NCBI GenBank assembly: GCA_012295275.1
Contig: CM022666.1
Span: 8,990,001 to 9,054,000 of the forward strand
Reading direction: 5' to 3'
Source of the DNA: Chrysomallon squamiferum
Taxonomy: Eukaryota > Animalia > Mollusca
DNA length: 64,000 nucleotides
The notes under the pieces are model-generated. The model made no database searches, was not told the origin of the DNA, and worked only from the letters and a program-made list of their open reading frames with translations. Below are positions 38,501 to 50,818 of this stretch, one piece after another; the stretch's first letter is position 1; every line of letters starts with the position of its first letter. Position numbers and translations under genes: made by a program.

Positions 38501-41500
38501 ATGTTAATCCACAAATACACATAAACACTCTCCCTCATTGTTTCTGCCTCTTTTCCTTCCCTTTCTCACCCCTTTTCTCCTCATGCAACCTACCTGTGGT
38601 CCAATACCTGAATTCTGTCTAGATGTGAGTTCAGCTGGAATTGGTAGTCTCCAGGCTTCTTCTATACTGGGCAGTGTTCGCGGTCTGCACAAACAAACAA
38701 ACAAAATTAAATTAATTTAGAAAGACCAACCGACTCTGATAACCTTTTAAACTAGACTAATGAACTCTAACAAACATCAAAATCATTAGTAAGTCAAACA
38801 GTGAACGTTCGATAACCTGCATTACAATACTCATAAAATGTAACAGAAATTTTTAATATAAAACCCCAACAGAAACAGCTGAAATTCTTTGACTGAACAT
38901 TTGTTTGACATTTCAGTATATTAGAATTTTTAATATAAAACCAGAAAAATCCCAAAATTATCAGACTAAAATTTATTTGAAATTTCAATATATTAGAAAA
39001 ATATTTTTAAAATTTCAGTGTATTAAAAAATATACCATAAATTTTCCCAATATAAAACATTAAAATTAAAATGTAATCAAAACTACCACAACAACAACAA
39101 TTACTACTACTACTACAAGTATTACTTCTTTATGTTAAATGACAGTATTTGGAAATTTCTTGATCAGCTTTTAATAACAAAAATAACAAAATTAGTAATT
39201 GTGAAAAACATAACAAAATGAATTGACCTACTTGTTTTGAAAATGTTGCATGGGTATGTTGTTTAAATTCTGCTGCAAAAATTTTATCTTGGAAGCTAGA
39301 TTTGTATTAATATGAGCTGAAACGAGAGAGAGAGAGAGAAAGAACAAATTATATATATAATGTGTGCCATACTGGGTTTTTTTTAAAAAGAAGGAATAAA
39401 AACAATAATAAAATTTAAAAAGTTTTAATACTGTAATTCATCTAACTAGTTACACTTTAAATTAAAAAAAAAAAATTATTTTCATTCATATTCTTGGTTT
39501 TCTTTTGCTTTATCTTTTTTTCTTTTTTTTAAAATCTTTTTTAAGGTAGAAAAAGGGGGAAAAGGTAATTTCTTTATTTTTCAGTTTAATTACTATTTTC
39601 TCAAATACTGTAGGAAAAAAGAAAAAGAATATAACTTGTGGTCTTTTCTGTGGGAAGGGATGGAGCTTAACAACTTTAGCATTTGTATTTCCTTGTATTT
39701 TTTATTTTATCTTATCAATATTTTAAAATTCAAAAGGTAGACAGAATAACCATCATAATTTGTGGTATATACAAGTGGCATTGAGGTATAGACCTTGGTC
39801 ACGACTAATTATAATAATACCTTTATTTCTAACATCATCATCATCATCATCGTCATTCTCATTAATTGTAATGATACCTTTATTTCTAGTAGCATTAAGG
39901 TAACAGGTGAGGGCGTCTCCTGGTTGGTTACAGGTTTCGTAGAGGATGCCGAGGTCGGTCCAGGCTGCAGAGTGTGATTTGTCTAGTTGTACTGCACATA
40001 TGTAGGCCTGCAGAGCATCCATCGGCTGCGACTGCTGCTGATAGAGCACTCTGAAATCACACATCAGTTATATTTACATCCCTCTGTCTCATTTTCTATT
40101 TCCATCCCAAGTCTTTCTTTTCCTTATTCTTTTTCTGTTTCTCTGTATTTCTCTGATTTTCTAAAACACTCCCAATTACACTCTGAATCTCAATGTAGGT
40201 TTGTATTTCTCTCTCTCTACTTTCTTTCTCTCTTTTACTCTCTCTCTCCACTTCTTTGTTATTTTATCCCCCTCATCTTTCTTTCTCATTTTCTCACAAA
40301 TAAAGGAATTAAGCTGTACAAATTGCAGTTAATACCTAAGAACTGGTTTTAAATATTTCAGATATAATACCTACTTATATACATCATAGTTGTGTTAGTA
40401 GAGACAGGGGGAACATTAATATCAAAAGAAAACTTTTTTGTCTTCTTTTTAACTCATTACAAAAATAATTATAATAATAAAATTATTGTAACACATTTGC
40501 CTACATCAATCTTATTAAAATATTCAAAAATGTATTTAAATCTTTTTTATTTTTTTATTTTAAATAAATTATTTAACTAAGTATTTTATATAACAGTGCT
40601 ATTAATCGGAGGCCACATTCTTAAAAAAAAACTCAGTATGTAACAAAATCATACATTTGAAACTTCTTTTAAATTTTTTTTATTCATATTTCATGACTTT
40701 ATTTAACAACCACATAAAAATCAAGCAATGTATTTTAAAATTAACATTCCATACAAAATTAATCATGACGATGATGATGATTATTATTATTATTATTACT
40801 GCTGCTGCTGCTGTTGTTGTTGTTAGTATTGTTTTATTATTCTTGTTTTGTTGTTGTTATTATTGTCGTTATTATCATAATCATCATCATCATCATCATC
40901 ATCATTATTATATAATTAATATTAATCTTATTGTGAAACATTAAAAAAAAGCTTGTTAATAATAAACATTTATTAAAAATTTTTAAAATATTTTCTTTAT
41001 TATTATATTTCATTTTTCACAGCCTTTTTAGAATGATAAATTCTAAAGATTTTTTTTTTTTTTTTTTTTTTTTTTAATAAAAAGTCAAATACATTCATCA
41101 TTTTTTAAACAAAAATATCTTATAAGAATAAAATTAAGACGGCACACAAATGTATTTTATATTTCCATTTTACTTCCTTGTATTTTCTATCTTGGTTACA
41201 TTTGATACTAGTAACACTACACATTTTAATCAACACAATTCTTTCACAAGACAGAAAGAATTAGTTTAATAACTATACTATTTCCGTCACTGAAAAACTG
41301 ACTGGGTTTAAGAATATTTTCAGCCATAATGTAAACTAATAATACTATTTTCATTTCTTTTAGATTTAAAATATCTCCCAGTTTAATTTATTTTTAAATT
41401 AACTGTTTGGAATTTATGAAAGTACATATCAATATATTTCTTCGCACACTAACAATTATGCTCAACATATTTTAAAACTGATTTTTTCATATTATTTTTT

Positions 41501-44500
41501 TAAAATATTTTATTTCTTTCTCTCTCTTTCTTTATAAATATATGGGTTGTTTTTTTTATTACATTTTTATTATTCATTTATTATAATTATTATAATTTTT
41601 ATTTTTTTATTATATTTTGACAACAGTAATACAAAAGACAAATATGCTTTTACATAATTTGTTTACTTGTTTAGTTGAAAACTATATACATTCCTTCTGT
41701 ATATTAGAACAGACAGATATGCATAAACACATGCCCACACAAGCACGCAGGCACGCACGCATGCACCCACACACACGCAAGTATATATACACACATACAT
41801 TCACGTGTGTGGGATATATTATATGCAATGATGACAGAAGAGAAAGCAATGAAGTGCCTACCCTATCGAGCACCACGTATCAGCATTAGCCTCAGATTTG
41901 TCAATTGACTGCCGATAGGACAGGAATGCATCGTGAACCTTGCCTAAACTTGAATAACACCTGAAAGTATATTAATGAATAACAAGTTAATGAATAATCA
42001 AGGAATATTTTATGAATAATCAGTGATCAAAGAAAACTTAATGAATAATCAGTGAATACTTATAATAATTATGAATAGTAATGAATAATGACTATGATAA
42101 GAATATTAATTAATAAATTAGTAGGTAACTAATGAAAAAAGAGCAAGGTAATAAAGTAAGTAAATTATGAATAAATCTGTGAATAACTAATGAATGATTG
42201 TGGTAACAATAAAATTAATAAATTATAAATAATAAATGAGAATAACAAGTGAGATGCAAGTGAATAAAATATGATATATGAACAAATGAATAAAAAACAA
42301 AAAACTTTGTAAATCTTTCATGTCTCTGGGAAAACACTTTTTTAAAATAAAAATTACCAAATATACATTTAATTTTTTTTCAATTTTTTTTTTAAAATTA
42401 CTGTAAACACAATCTACTTTTAAAAAGGAATGAAAATTGAAAGAAATATCTAATATTTTCTTTAATCAGCAGGTAATTTGTTTTAACAAACGACACCTGC
42501 ATAACAGGTTTTACATCTGACTTAATGAGATGAAGATAACCCAGTCTAAAGTTACTGTTTCTTTCTGATATTGAAATCACAACCCCTTCTTTTAATGATG
42601 ACACCTGCATAACACCTGTTTTACACCTGTTTACACCTATCATACCTGCCAAGAAGGTACCAAGTCTGACCATTACTGGCGTCAAGCTCCAACGATTTCT
42701 GTAAATACTGAACTGCCTTTGCTTCACGGATCTGTTTCTCTCCTAACTGAGTGGTCGTGTGATAAAGCCAACCTAATAAACATGAAAAAAAATAAAATAC
42801 TAATAATAATAAAACAAAGTAAAATAATTATAATTATAATGTAATAAATATTTAAAAGAAAAAAGAAAAAGATCATAAAAATAAAATACAAAATAAAATT
42901 AAACGAAAAAACAAATAAGATAAATTTAAAAATATACATTTTTGTTTATATAGCTATAATATTAAATTAAACATATTGTAAGTAAGGTAAAATATATTTT
43001 TAAAATTAAAAAATAAAAATTTGTGTGTCTGTGTGAATGTGTGTGACAGAAAGAGACAGAAATACAATTTAGTGTTTGTTTTACTAACAATTTCTTTATA
43101 TTTCAAAAATCAAATTAATGATGTGACACTAAACAAAAAATGTTAACATTTAATGATCTGATACAGTACAAGATGCAGTTTGATATATAACATAATTACA
43201 ACTTAAACTACTTATTCAGAAACTGTAAACTAAACTAAATACTTCCTTGTTTCTAGTTGTAAGAATGGAAAAACAAAATTATAATAATTATTATTTAATT
43301 ATAAACAAACCTGAATGGGTTGGTATAAAATAAGATACCGGTACTCTTTAGTGAAGTGTATAAATTACACCCAGTCAATTGTTATATCATTATAATAATA
43401 ATTAATAATTTTGAAAAATCAGAAAGTGTAATATTAACAGTACGTGATACACAAGCAGTAGCTACATACGTGATATGAAACCAACAGCCCAACACTATCA
43501 CAGCTACATGCTTTGTAGTATTATGTAGGTCAACCAATATTGATCGATAAATCGGAAGAAAAATAAACTGGGGCTGTCTGGCCTAATTTAGCAACTGCAG
43601 TAGCAACCTGGCCGTATGCCAGCCTCTTTTTGACTTGAACAGATGTAAGAGAAATTGCTCAGTTCTAGGTGTTTGTATGTATACCTGGCTTTGTTCAGAT
43701 CAGGACATGTAACAGACTCAGACACAGATATTATATTGATTATGCTAATTCTGGATTTACATATTTACATTATGTAAGTCTAGACAGTTTATCTATTAAG
43801 TAAAGACTGCAAAGAGATTTTTAAAAAATAGCTGTCTGACTGTCTGACTGGCTGCCCATCTGGCTGTTTGTCTGTCTTGTAATGTGTATTCTTAACAAAT
43901 AAGAAACTTGTTCAGGAAATAATAAATTAATTTATAAATACTATTTTAGAAGGAGCTATATATCTAGGAATGTGTGAACAACTGTATAATTTAAATTTAT
44001 AAAAAAAAAAAAAAACTGACATTATTTTACATAATTTTCATTATATTGTTAGTTTATCAATTCATACATGCCAGGTTCCAAACTCAAAAGAATAAATATT
44101 AAAATCAATCAGACTAAAAGAAAATTCCAAAAAAGTGAATTACAAGTACCTGGAAATTCAGCAATCAAAGAATGAAGGTTTTTCAGTTCAAATCATGAAA
44201 ATAGCAAACATTTTCTTTATTTAAATAAAATCAACTTTCACATTCTGATGCACAATTTCATCTGACTTTGCTATTCTAATACAAAATCATAAATCCACTC
44301 CCTTTTCACTCAACCTGCATATTAATTACTAATGACAAACAGTACGTAAATATGTTGTCTTACACACACTTGTTTATCGTGAAGAAAACAGATATGACAT
44401 AAATCAGAAATGCAGAAACCATGGTGATTCTGAAGATTCTGGCAAATGTTATGTTTTAATTTACATATTCTCCATTTCATGACGTTAATCTAACATAACG

Positions 44501-47500
44501 ATTACCATTTCAAACTTAAATCTTAAAAAATGGTTTCTGTTCCAAGGAAAATTACAAAATCACTGTTCCAAATCTGAAATCATTCTGATCGGTATTCTTA
44601 ACTGAAATCTTACTGATCACTGTTCCAAACTGAAATGTTAGTTATTACTGTTCCAAATAGCTGTTAAAATCCTAGACTCAACACTGTAGGATTTGAAAAT
44701 AGAAAACTTCAGGGTCACTAAATATAACACTGAAATCTTAATGTCACTATATATCATACTGAAGTTTTAGTATCACCACTGTATTGTACTGAAATCACTG
44801 AGGGGGGGGACCCTTAACCAAACTGAAATCGTACAGTGACCTCCGAATTAGACTCAAATTTTATAGTGATCTCTGAATTAAACTGAAACCTAATAATCAA
44901 AATGAAACTGAAATCTTAGTTGACTTCTGTATCAAACTGAAACCCTAGTAAATTTCATCTTCAGCAAACTGAAATCTGACATGACTTTGGCAAAACTGAA
45001 ATGTTAATGTGACTAAAATTCTTCCCAGTCGCTGCTGCAGCAACATGAAAACCTACGGCATGACTTACCAAGCTGTCTAAAGGCTGTTGCCTTCACTGTG
45101 GTCTCAGACTCCTCGACTTCAGCAAACTGCTCATATGCCTCTCTCGCCTGTTTGTATTTTCCCTGAACTTCCAGCAGATGGGCAATGTGTAGTCTGACTG
45201 TAATGTTCAGTAATAAAATTAACTAAGTAACGTTGGTTCAAAAACTTTACAACAGCAAGTAACAACAACAATAATACATAACAATAATAAATAACAACAA
45301 CAAATAAACACAATAATAAATAATAATCATAACAATAACAAACATTTAATGTCAATAATGACACTAATGACAGCAGCAGCAACATTATGATTGTGATTAT
45401 GATGGTGGCAGTGATAATGATTATACTGATGATAATATAATAATAATAATAAAAATATACACCTTCAACACACAGAACATGATGGCTTTTCAAAAAAACC
45501 CAGAAATAATAAAATTAAACTTTTAGTTGTAACATAAAATAGCCTACACAAGTTATTTTTGTTTTGTAAATTGAAATAGCTTAGAATTATTTCAATAAAT
45601 TAATGAAATATGTTTAAAGTGTTAGCATGTATATAAAATATATATATAAATATATATATATAAAATTTACAAGAAGAATAATTCTAATAAAGGATAAGAG
45701 TAATTCAATGTTATAATTTTTCTAGTTTAAATTAATAAATGAAATGTCTTTATATAGTATATGCCAAGATATAAAGTATAAAAAATTAACTGTCCATAAT
45801 TTATATATTTTTTTAAATATAAAATTAACTTTTAGAAATATAAGATGCATATAAAATAATCAAATCATTGGTTTTCCATGTTCATGTATGTAGTTTAACT
45901 GACAAATGTACACTGACATACACATTTTTTCAAACCCACCAACATTTCACTATTCTATTTTAAAGAAACCATTGAAATACTCAGTTGTCTAACATTTTAC
46001 AATTTATTGATTTTTTAGGAGCAAATGAAATTACTCGATAACAATAAAAAAAAAAAAATTAAAATAAAAAAATGTAATAATTATAAAAAATAAATTTAAG
46101 AAAAAAAAAATGTAAGACTCTCGAAGCTGATGTCAGCATTAAAGGAAAAAAAGTTTTCTTTATTAAATTTCTTTATTTGCTAAAATCCCCACTGTAAAGC
46201 CTGGCTTTGTTCTCTTAGTATGTCAAGATGAATTCACACTATCACTAACAGTGATTTTTTAATTATTTTTTAAAATAGTTTTGTTTAAGAACTCCAATTT
46301 GGATTTGGAAACAAATAAATGCATGTCTCGAGTCACTTTATAAACCACAAAATATTTCTTCAGTTTATGAACAAATATGTATTTATTTTTAAGGTTTTCA
46401 CCTCCAATATATTCCCTTTTGATTCCCTTTATTCCCTAACCCCCTTAAGCTGACCTATTTATGCAGGCATAGAGAAAGATATTTTGTAACTTGATAAATT
46501 AATTGTATAACAGATGTCAGAAGTAATAATTTAAAAAAAAAAAAAAACCACAACATTTAACATCTTTAAGCTAATAGAAAGTTATGTTATCTCCCTTACT
46601 CTATTACAATAAATAAAATATTAAAACTATCAAACAGTAAGAAATAATAATAATAATAATATTAATAAAAATAATAATAATAATAATAAATATCAAAAAT
46701 TTAAAAATTTAAAAAAATTAAAATAAAAAAAAATTAAAAATACGAATCTGTATTCAAATAAAAGAAATTGAACCAAAAATCTGAAATAAAGTAATTTCAC
46801 AAAATAAAATAATAAAAATTAATAAAATGTACCAAAATAAAATAATAAAATATATTAAATTAAAATAATATTCTGTTACAATAAACAAAGATTAGAGTAT
46901 GCAATTAACAAAATTAATCTGTAACATCATATACCAAATATTTACTCACTTTCAGCTTTTGTTTGAGAGCACTTATTTGAATCTGATTGGGCCAACTGGA
47001 AATGCTAAAAAACAAAACAAAAACACACATAATATTTACATATTGAATATATCAACTATTTCAATGGGATGTTGTCTGTCTGTCTGCCTAATGTATATCC
47101 TGATAGAACAAAACAAAGTAAAGATATTTGTTACTGCATAACACAAGACATTTTGAATTACTCTCTGTAATAATCAATGAAATAATCACCTCAAATATTC
47201 TTTCTTTATTTTTTATTATTTATTGTTACTGAATAACAGTGATTTGTTTCTGTTTAAAAATATCACGAGTAATAAATCAGTGTGTCTTATTATTTGATGT
47301 TTTTGTACCAAAAATTTTAAATGAACAATGAAAGAATTAAAAAGGTAACACTGAATTAACAGCAACTATTTAATTTTCATCTGAATGCCTTTTTGGGGGT
47401 TGAATATGAATAGCAGAATGAGAATGAATAAATTATCAATCAGTTTGATCAATCAATCAATCATTTAGCAATATCTCAAAGACTAGCAAACTAGGATATC

Positions 47501-48036
47501 AGAAGAGATCAGAACTCTAAGCACTGGTATTTTCAATCTGCTCAGATCAACACAACACTGATACTTGGAGTGATTTCCTATTCCAACCTGTGTATTATAA
47601 CCAGTTAATCATATGAAAGGTGCATGTAAAGGTTTCTTTGCTATAGAAACAAAAAAAGAAGAAGACTTACATTCATATACACATGCACTCACGAATGCAT
47701 ACACACACTAAACAAACATAAATTTCATTACCTGAAACTATTAATAGCAAAATGTACCAAGATACTGACAAACCTAAATATATGTTATATACAAATCCAT
47801 TTTGTTGTTACTTTGTATTTTTCCTGTTTCAAAACATTCAAGCTTGTCTGTTAATTATCTTGAAGAATTTTTATATGCGACTCATTTATTTTCACCACTA
47901 TTTTATCATGTTCACCATTATATTTACATTTATTTTAATATATTTATGCACATGTCTTTTTATACTTTGTTTAACAGTTTAGACTGTAAAGTACCCTTGG
48001 ACTTACTTAGTATAGAAAAGATGCTATATAAATATG

Positions 48037-48071
<35 letters not shown>

Positions 48072-50818
48072 TAAAACAAATTTGATAACTGATAAAGAAT
48101 CATTCTATTTGATGTAAATTTATAAATTATAAAAATACCAGTGTCTAGTACAAAAGTCAACAACTTTGACCAGCTGGGATATTTCAAAACTTCCTGGTTT
48201 TATCTGACTAACAAACATTCCACTACCTGCTTCCCTCTATCTGTGTCCACACAAAACTTCCTACAAACAAACCCCTGCTTGTAAAACCTGCCACTGCTTA
48301 ATTATGTAACAACATAACAACACCTCAACCTGCCCCACCCTTGTATCATACAATGAACTTCCCCATCAGAGAAAGTATACTGATTCTTTTAAACAAACTG
48401 AAATTAAAGTATCTTTACAGCAAAATGTGATTTTTACTGAATGTTTCTATACAACTGACTTGAGCAAGTCTATCCTGCAAATTATGTAACTGGATTGTCA
48501 GAATGATGCAACAATCCAAGTTACAACATAATTGGCTGGACCCATAATACAACCTACCATCCCTTTGTTTCCATCATAAAACAGTCCAGTCAGTTGATGT
48601 GGATGATCACATCACTATGATTAGGGAAGTATGTAGTGGCCACCAGGTGACTGACCATGCTAAATGATTACATACAATGGTGCAGAGAGGTAATAAAGAT
48701 TTAGAAAGAGGGTGTTTTGTGGTCACAGGTTGTTAATTCTTTAATGGTTTGATTCAGTGACTACTGTTTCTATGCTCAGTTTGATTTTGCTAAAATCCAG
48801 GAACAATAAGTAGTGTAAAAATATCGAACTTTTGGTTAAAACAGCTATTTAACTTTTATAAATCTGAAATCTGAAATAATATATAACCACTGTTCTTTAA
48901 AGATAAAATTTCTTTGCCAAACTGGTTAGTATTAAAATTGCCAACATGGTCCATAAATGACTTATTTAGAAGATTAAGTTGATTAATTAATTTGAATATA
49001 TACAATACTTGAATAATGAATAATAATTTAATGACATTGTTGTAATGTTATTAACTCTTTATATACAATTCTTGAACAATTATTAAATGTCATTGTTAAT
49101 TACTAAATTTTGACATACAAACATGAAATATGTTAATGGTTTTTGTTAAGAATTATTTCTGAACTTATCCATACATAAATAAATAGTTTTTAATAGAAAA
49201 AAAGTGTCAAGTTCAATTCTATACATAATATAAACATTAAAGGTGTTGTATGATTATTAAAAACATTAACAAATTAAAATGAAGATTACTTTTTATTTTT
49301 TATTTTATGATGATGAATGATATTATAATAATGAGTTATCTTCAGAAGAATGATTCTGAATTACCAAACTAAATATTTCTGAACATATTCTCTAGATTAT
49401 TTCCTGTTCCAGTAACTTGCCTGTAACTGATTTATCAAAGACTGTGGTAGGTACTGTTCTTATTATAAGTTATAGCAGTTTATGAAAAATCGTTTCTTAT
49501 CAATTAATGATATGAAACCCAAACTGCTTGGTACCTAAAAACTATTAATATTAAAATATGTATCCATTAAAATTAAACATTTATTAAAAATAAATAAAGT
49601 AATAAATAACTGAATAAATAAATAAATAAAAAAATAATAATTATTATTATTATTTTTATTATCATTATTGTTTTTATTATTATCATCATTATTGTTTATT
49701 ATTATTATTATTATTCATTTTGTAACAGCTTACAACTAAAAGAAAATAAACAGTTACAAGCATCAGTTCATCTGTGTGCACACAGGTATTAAAAACAAAA
49801 CATGATAATATCCATGTTGTTTTACAGCAATCTGAATAACTGCTAATTTGTTGTTAACTGACCCTCAAAAACAAAAACAAATTAGGTCCACAACTAAATA
49901 AAAAATGAACTTAACCTACAAGTTATTCAATAAATATTTAAATTAGTTTGAGGCTGTGGAAAGTGTGTGTGCTAATAGAAAATTATAAATATAATAATTT
50001 AACATGTCTGTGGTCGTATCTATCAACACAGCATTTTCCTGCAACCCTTTTATTTGTGTCAGGTGTCACCTGAGAACTGAACACTGGCACTGCTCCAAAC
50101 CAGTCTAAAGAAACAGACTTAGACACAACTCAGAGCAGAACACAGTCACAAAAAGCTTTTGTCTGACTTCCACAACCATAGATCTTTTAACTGCATTACA
50201 AGAGACCAATGTTATCTGTACTGACCTTTATGTATTATAAATAATATGTAAGTAATATGTAATATGTAAGTGTAGTCAAGTGTAGCCAAGGTTTCTGTAA
50301 GTTAGATGAATTTTATTTGTAACTGAGTCAAAGGTCTGAAGCTTTTGTCATTAAAAAAATATTAAATAATAATAATAATAATATGAATAATAATAATACA
50401 GTAAAAGTAATAATAACAATAACAATACCAATAATAGTATTAATAACAGTAGTAATAATTATTATTTCTTCTTCAATAATGTAAGTTATTCTTTGTCGTT
50501 ATGTTACAGAAAGCTGAATTTCTTTGTCAATAACACATAAGTTATTCCCTGTTTTTATCCTGCAATAAGTTATTATTTTAATTTATATACAGAGGTCATG
50601 CAGTAAAGTCTTTAGTCAATTCTCTTTCAAATGAATAACACACAAGTTATTCTTTTCACAACACAACTGGCTGCTATCACTTAAAGATTATACTGACCTT
50701 CAAACTTGCATCATAATTCTTTATGACCTTGAACATCAATCCCAGCCTGATGTGGACTTCATTGGAACGTTTGAATCCAGGGTCAATATACAGAACCTGC
50801 TGAAAAGCCTTCACTGCC
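28001..50818 (-). CDS. KDM6A: Lysine-specific demethylase 6A (UTX) ortholog, H3K27 demethylase; 25 coding exons in window, N-terminal exons missing
   Basis: Exons (minus): 50818-50698, 47004-46950, 45197-45069, 42772-42646, 41960-41862, 40050-39878, 39316-39232, 38684-38594, 38009-37809, 37057-36950, 36733-36632, 36446-36335, 35715-34840, 34547-34441, 33819-33720, 33315-33245, 32829-32698, 32129-32050, 31623-31418, 30985-30871, 30488-30344, 29991-29807, 29422-29296, 28912-28745, 28030-28001. All are GT-AG with consistent phases, 3745 nt in total. TPR repeats plus JmjC plus Zn domain give the UTX architecture rather than TPR-less JMJD3/KDM6B. The last short exon (PHQASITMS*) is the least certain. 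Confidence 0.96.
28498..28641. repeat. ~73-bp direct tandem duplication in a KDM6A intron
   Basis: TATCTGACCA..TTCC(C)AAATAATRAAGTATTTAGTATTTATTTC...ATAATTAAACTTTATAAG occurs twice in a row. Confidence 0.85.
28745..31623 (-). other. KDM6A: KDM6A JmjC catalytic domain and C-terminal Zn-binding domain exons
   Basis: [23 protein letters not shown] (Fe-binding HxE), [19 protein letters not shown] (third Fe ligand His), [12 protein letters not shown] and VHCQDCA (four Zn-binding Cys) are all intact. Confidence 0.95.
34840..38009 (-). other. KDM6A: KDM6A low-complexity/disordered middle region, including a polyQ exon, a basic NLS-like stretch and an 876-nt exon
   Basis: [11 protein letters not shown] at the end of exon 38009-37809; [14 protein letters not shown] in exon 36733-36632; the S/P/G/Q-rich 876-nt exon lies inside ORF 34691..35791. 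Confidence 0.8.
36745..36910. repeat. 30-bp minisatellite filling most of a 216-nt KDM6A intron
   Basis: About 5 copies of TAAATTAGGATTAACAGACATGGTGTTAAA. Confidence 0.9.
41970..42295. repeat. ATGAATAA-rich degenerate repeat next to a KDM6A acceptor
   Basis: Many (A/G)TGAATAA copies starting right beside the acceptor at 41961-41962. Confidence 0.75.
44560..45010. repeat. ~30-bp degenerate minisatellite with ACTGAAATC core
   Basis: About 12 core copies (44601, 44629, 44729, 44788, 44822, 44882, 44907, 44936, 44968, 44995 and others). Confidence 0.8.
47570..47642 (+). mobile_element. Decayed SINE fragment
   Basis: ATTTCCTATTCCAACCTGTG...AAAGGTGCATGTAAAGGTTTCTTTGCT resembles both the 49391 and 6231 fragments. 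Confidence 0.4.
49391..49460 (+). mobile_element. Decayed SINE fragment
   Basis: ATTATTTCCTGTTCCAG...AACTGATTTATCAAAGACTGTGGTAGGTACTGTTCT resembles the part of the same SINE upstream of the core (from memory) and the 47570 copy. Confidence 0.45.

Larger units (their letters stand above)
39878..50818 (-). other. KDM6A: KDM6A TPR-repeat-encoding exons
   Basis: Peptides [124 protein letters not shown] closely resemble UTX TPRs. Confidence 0.92.
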
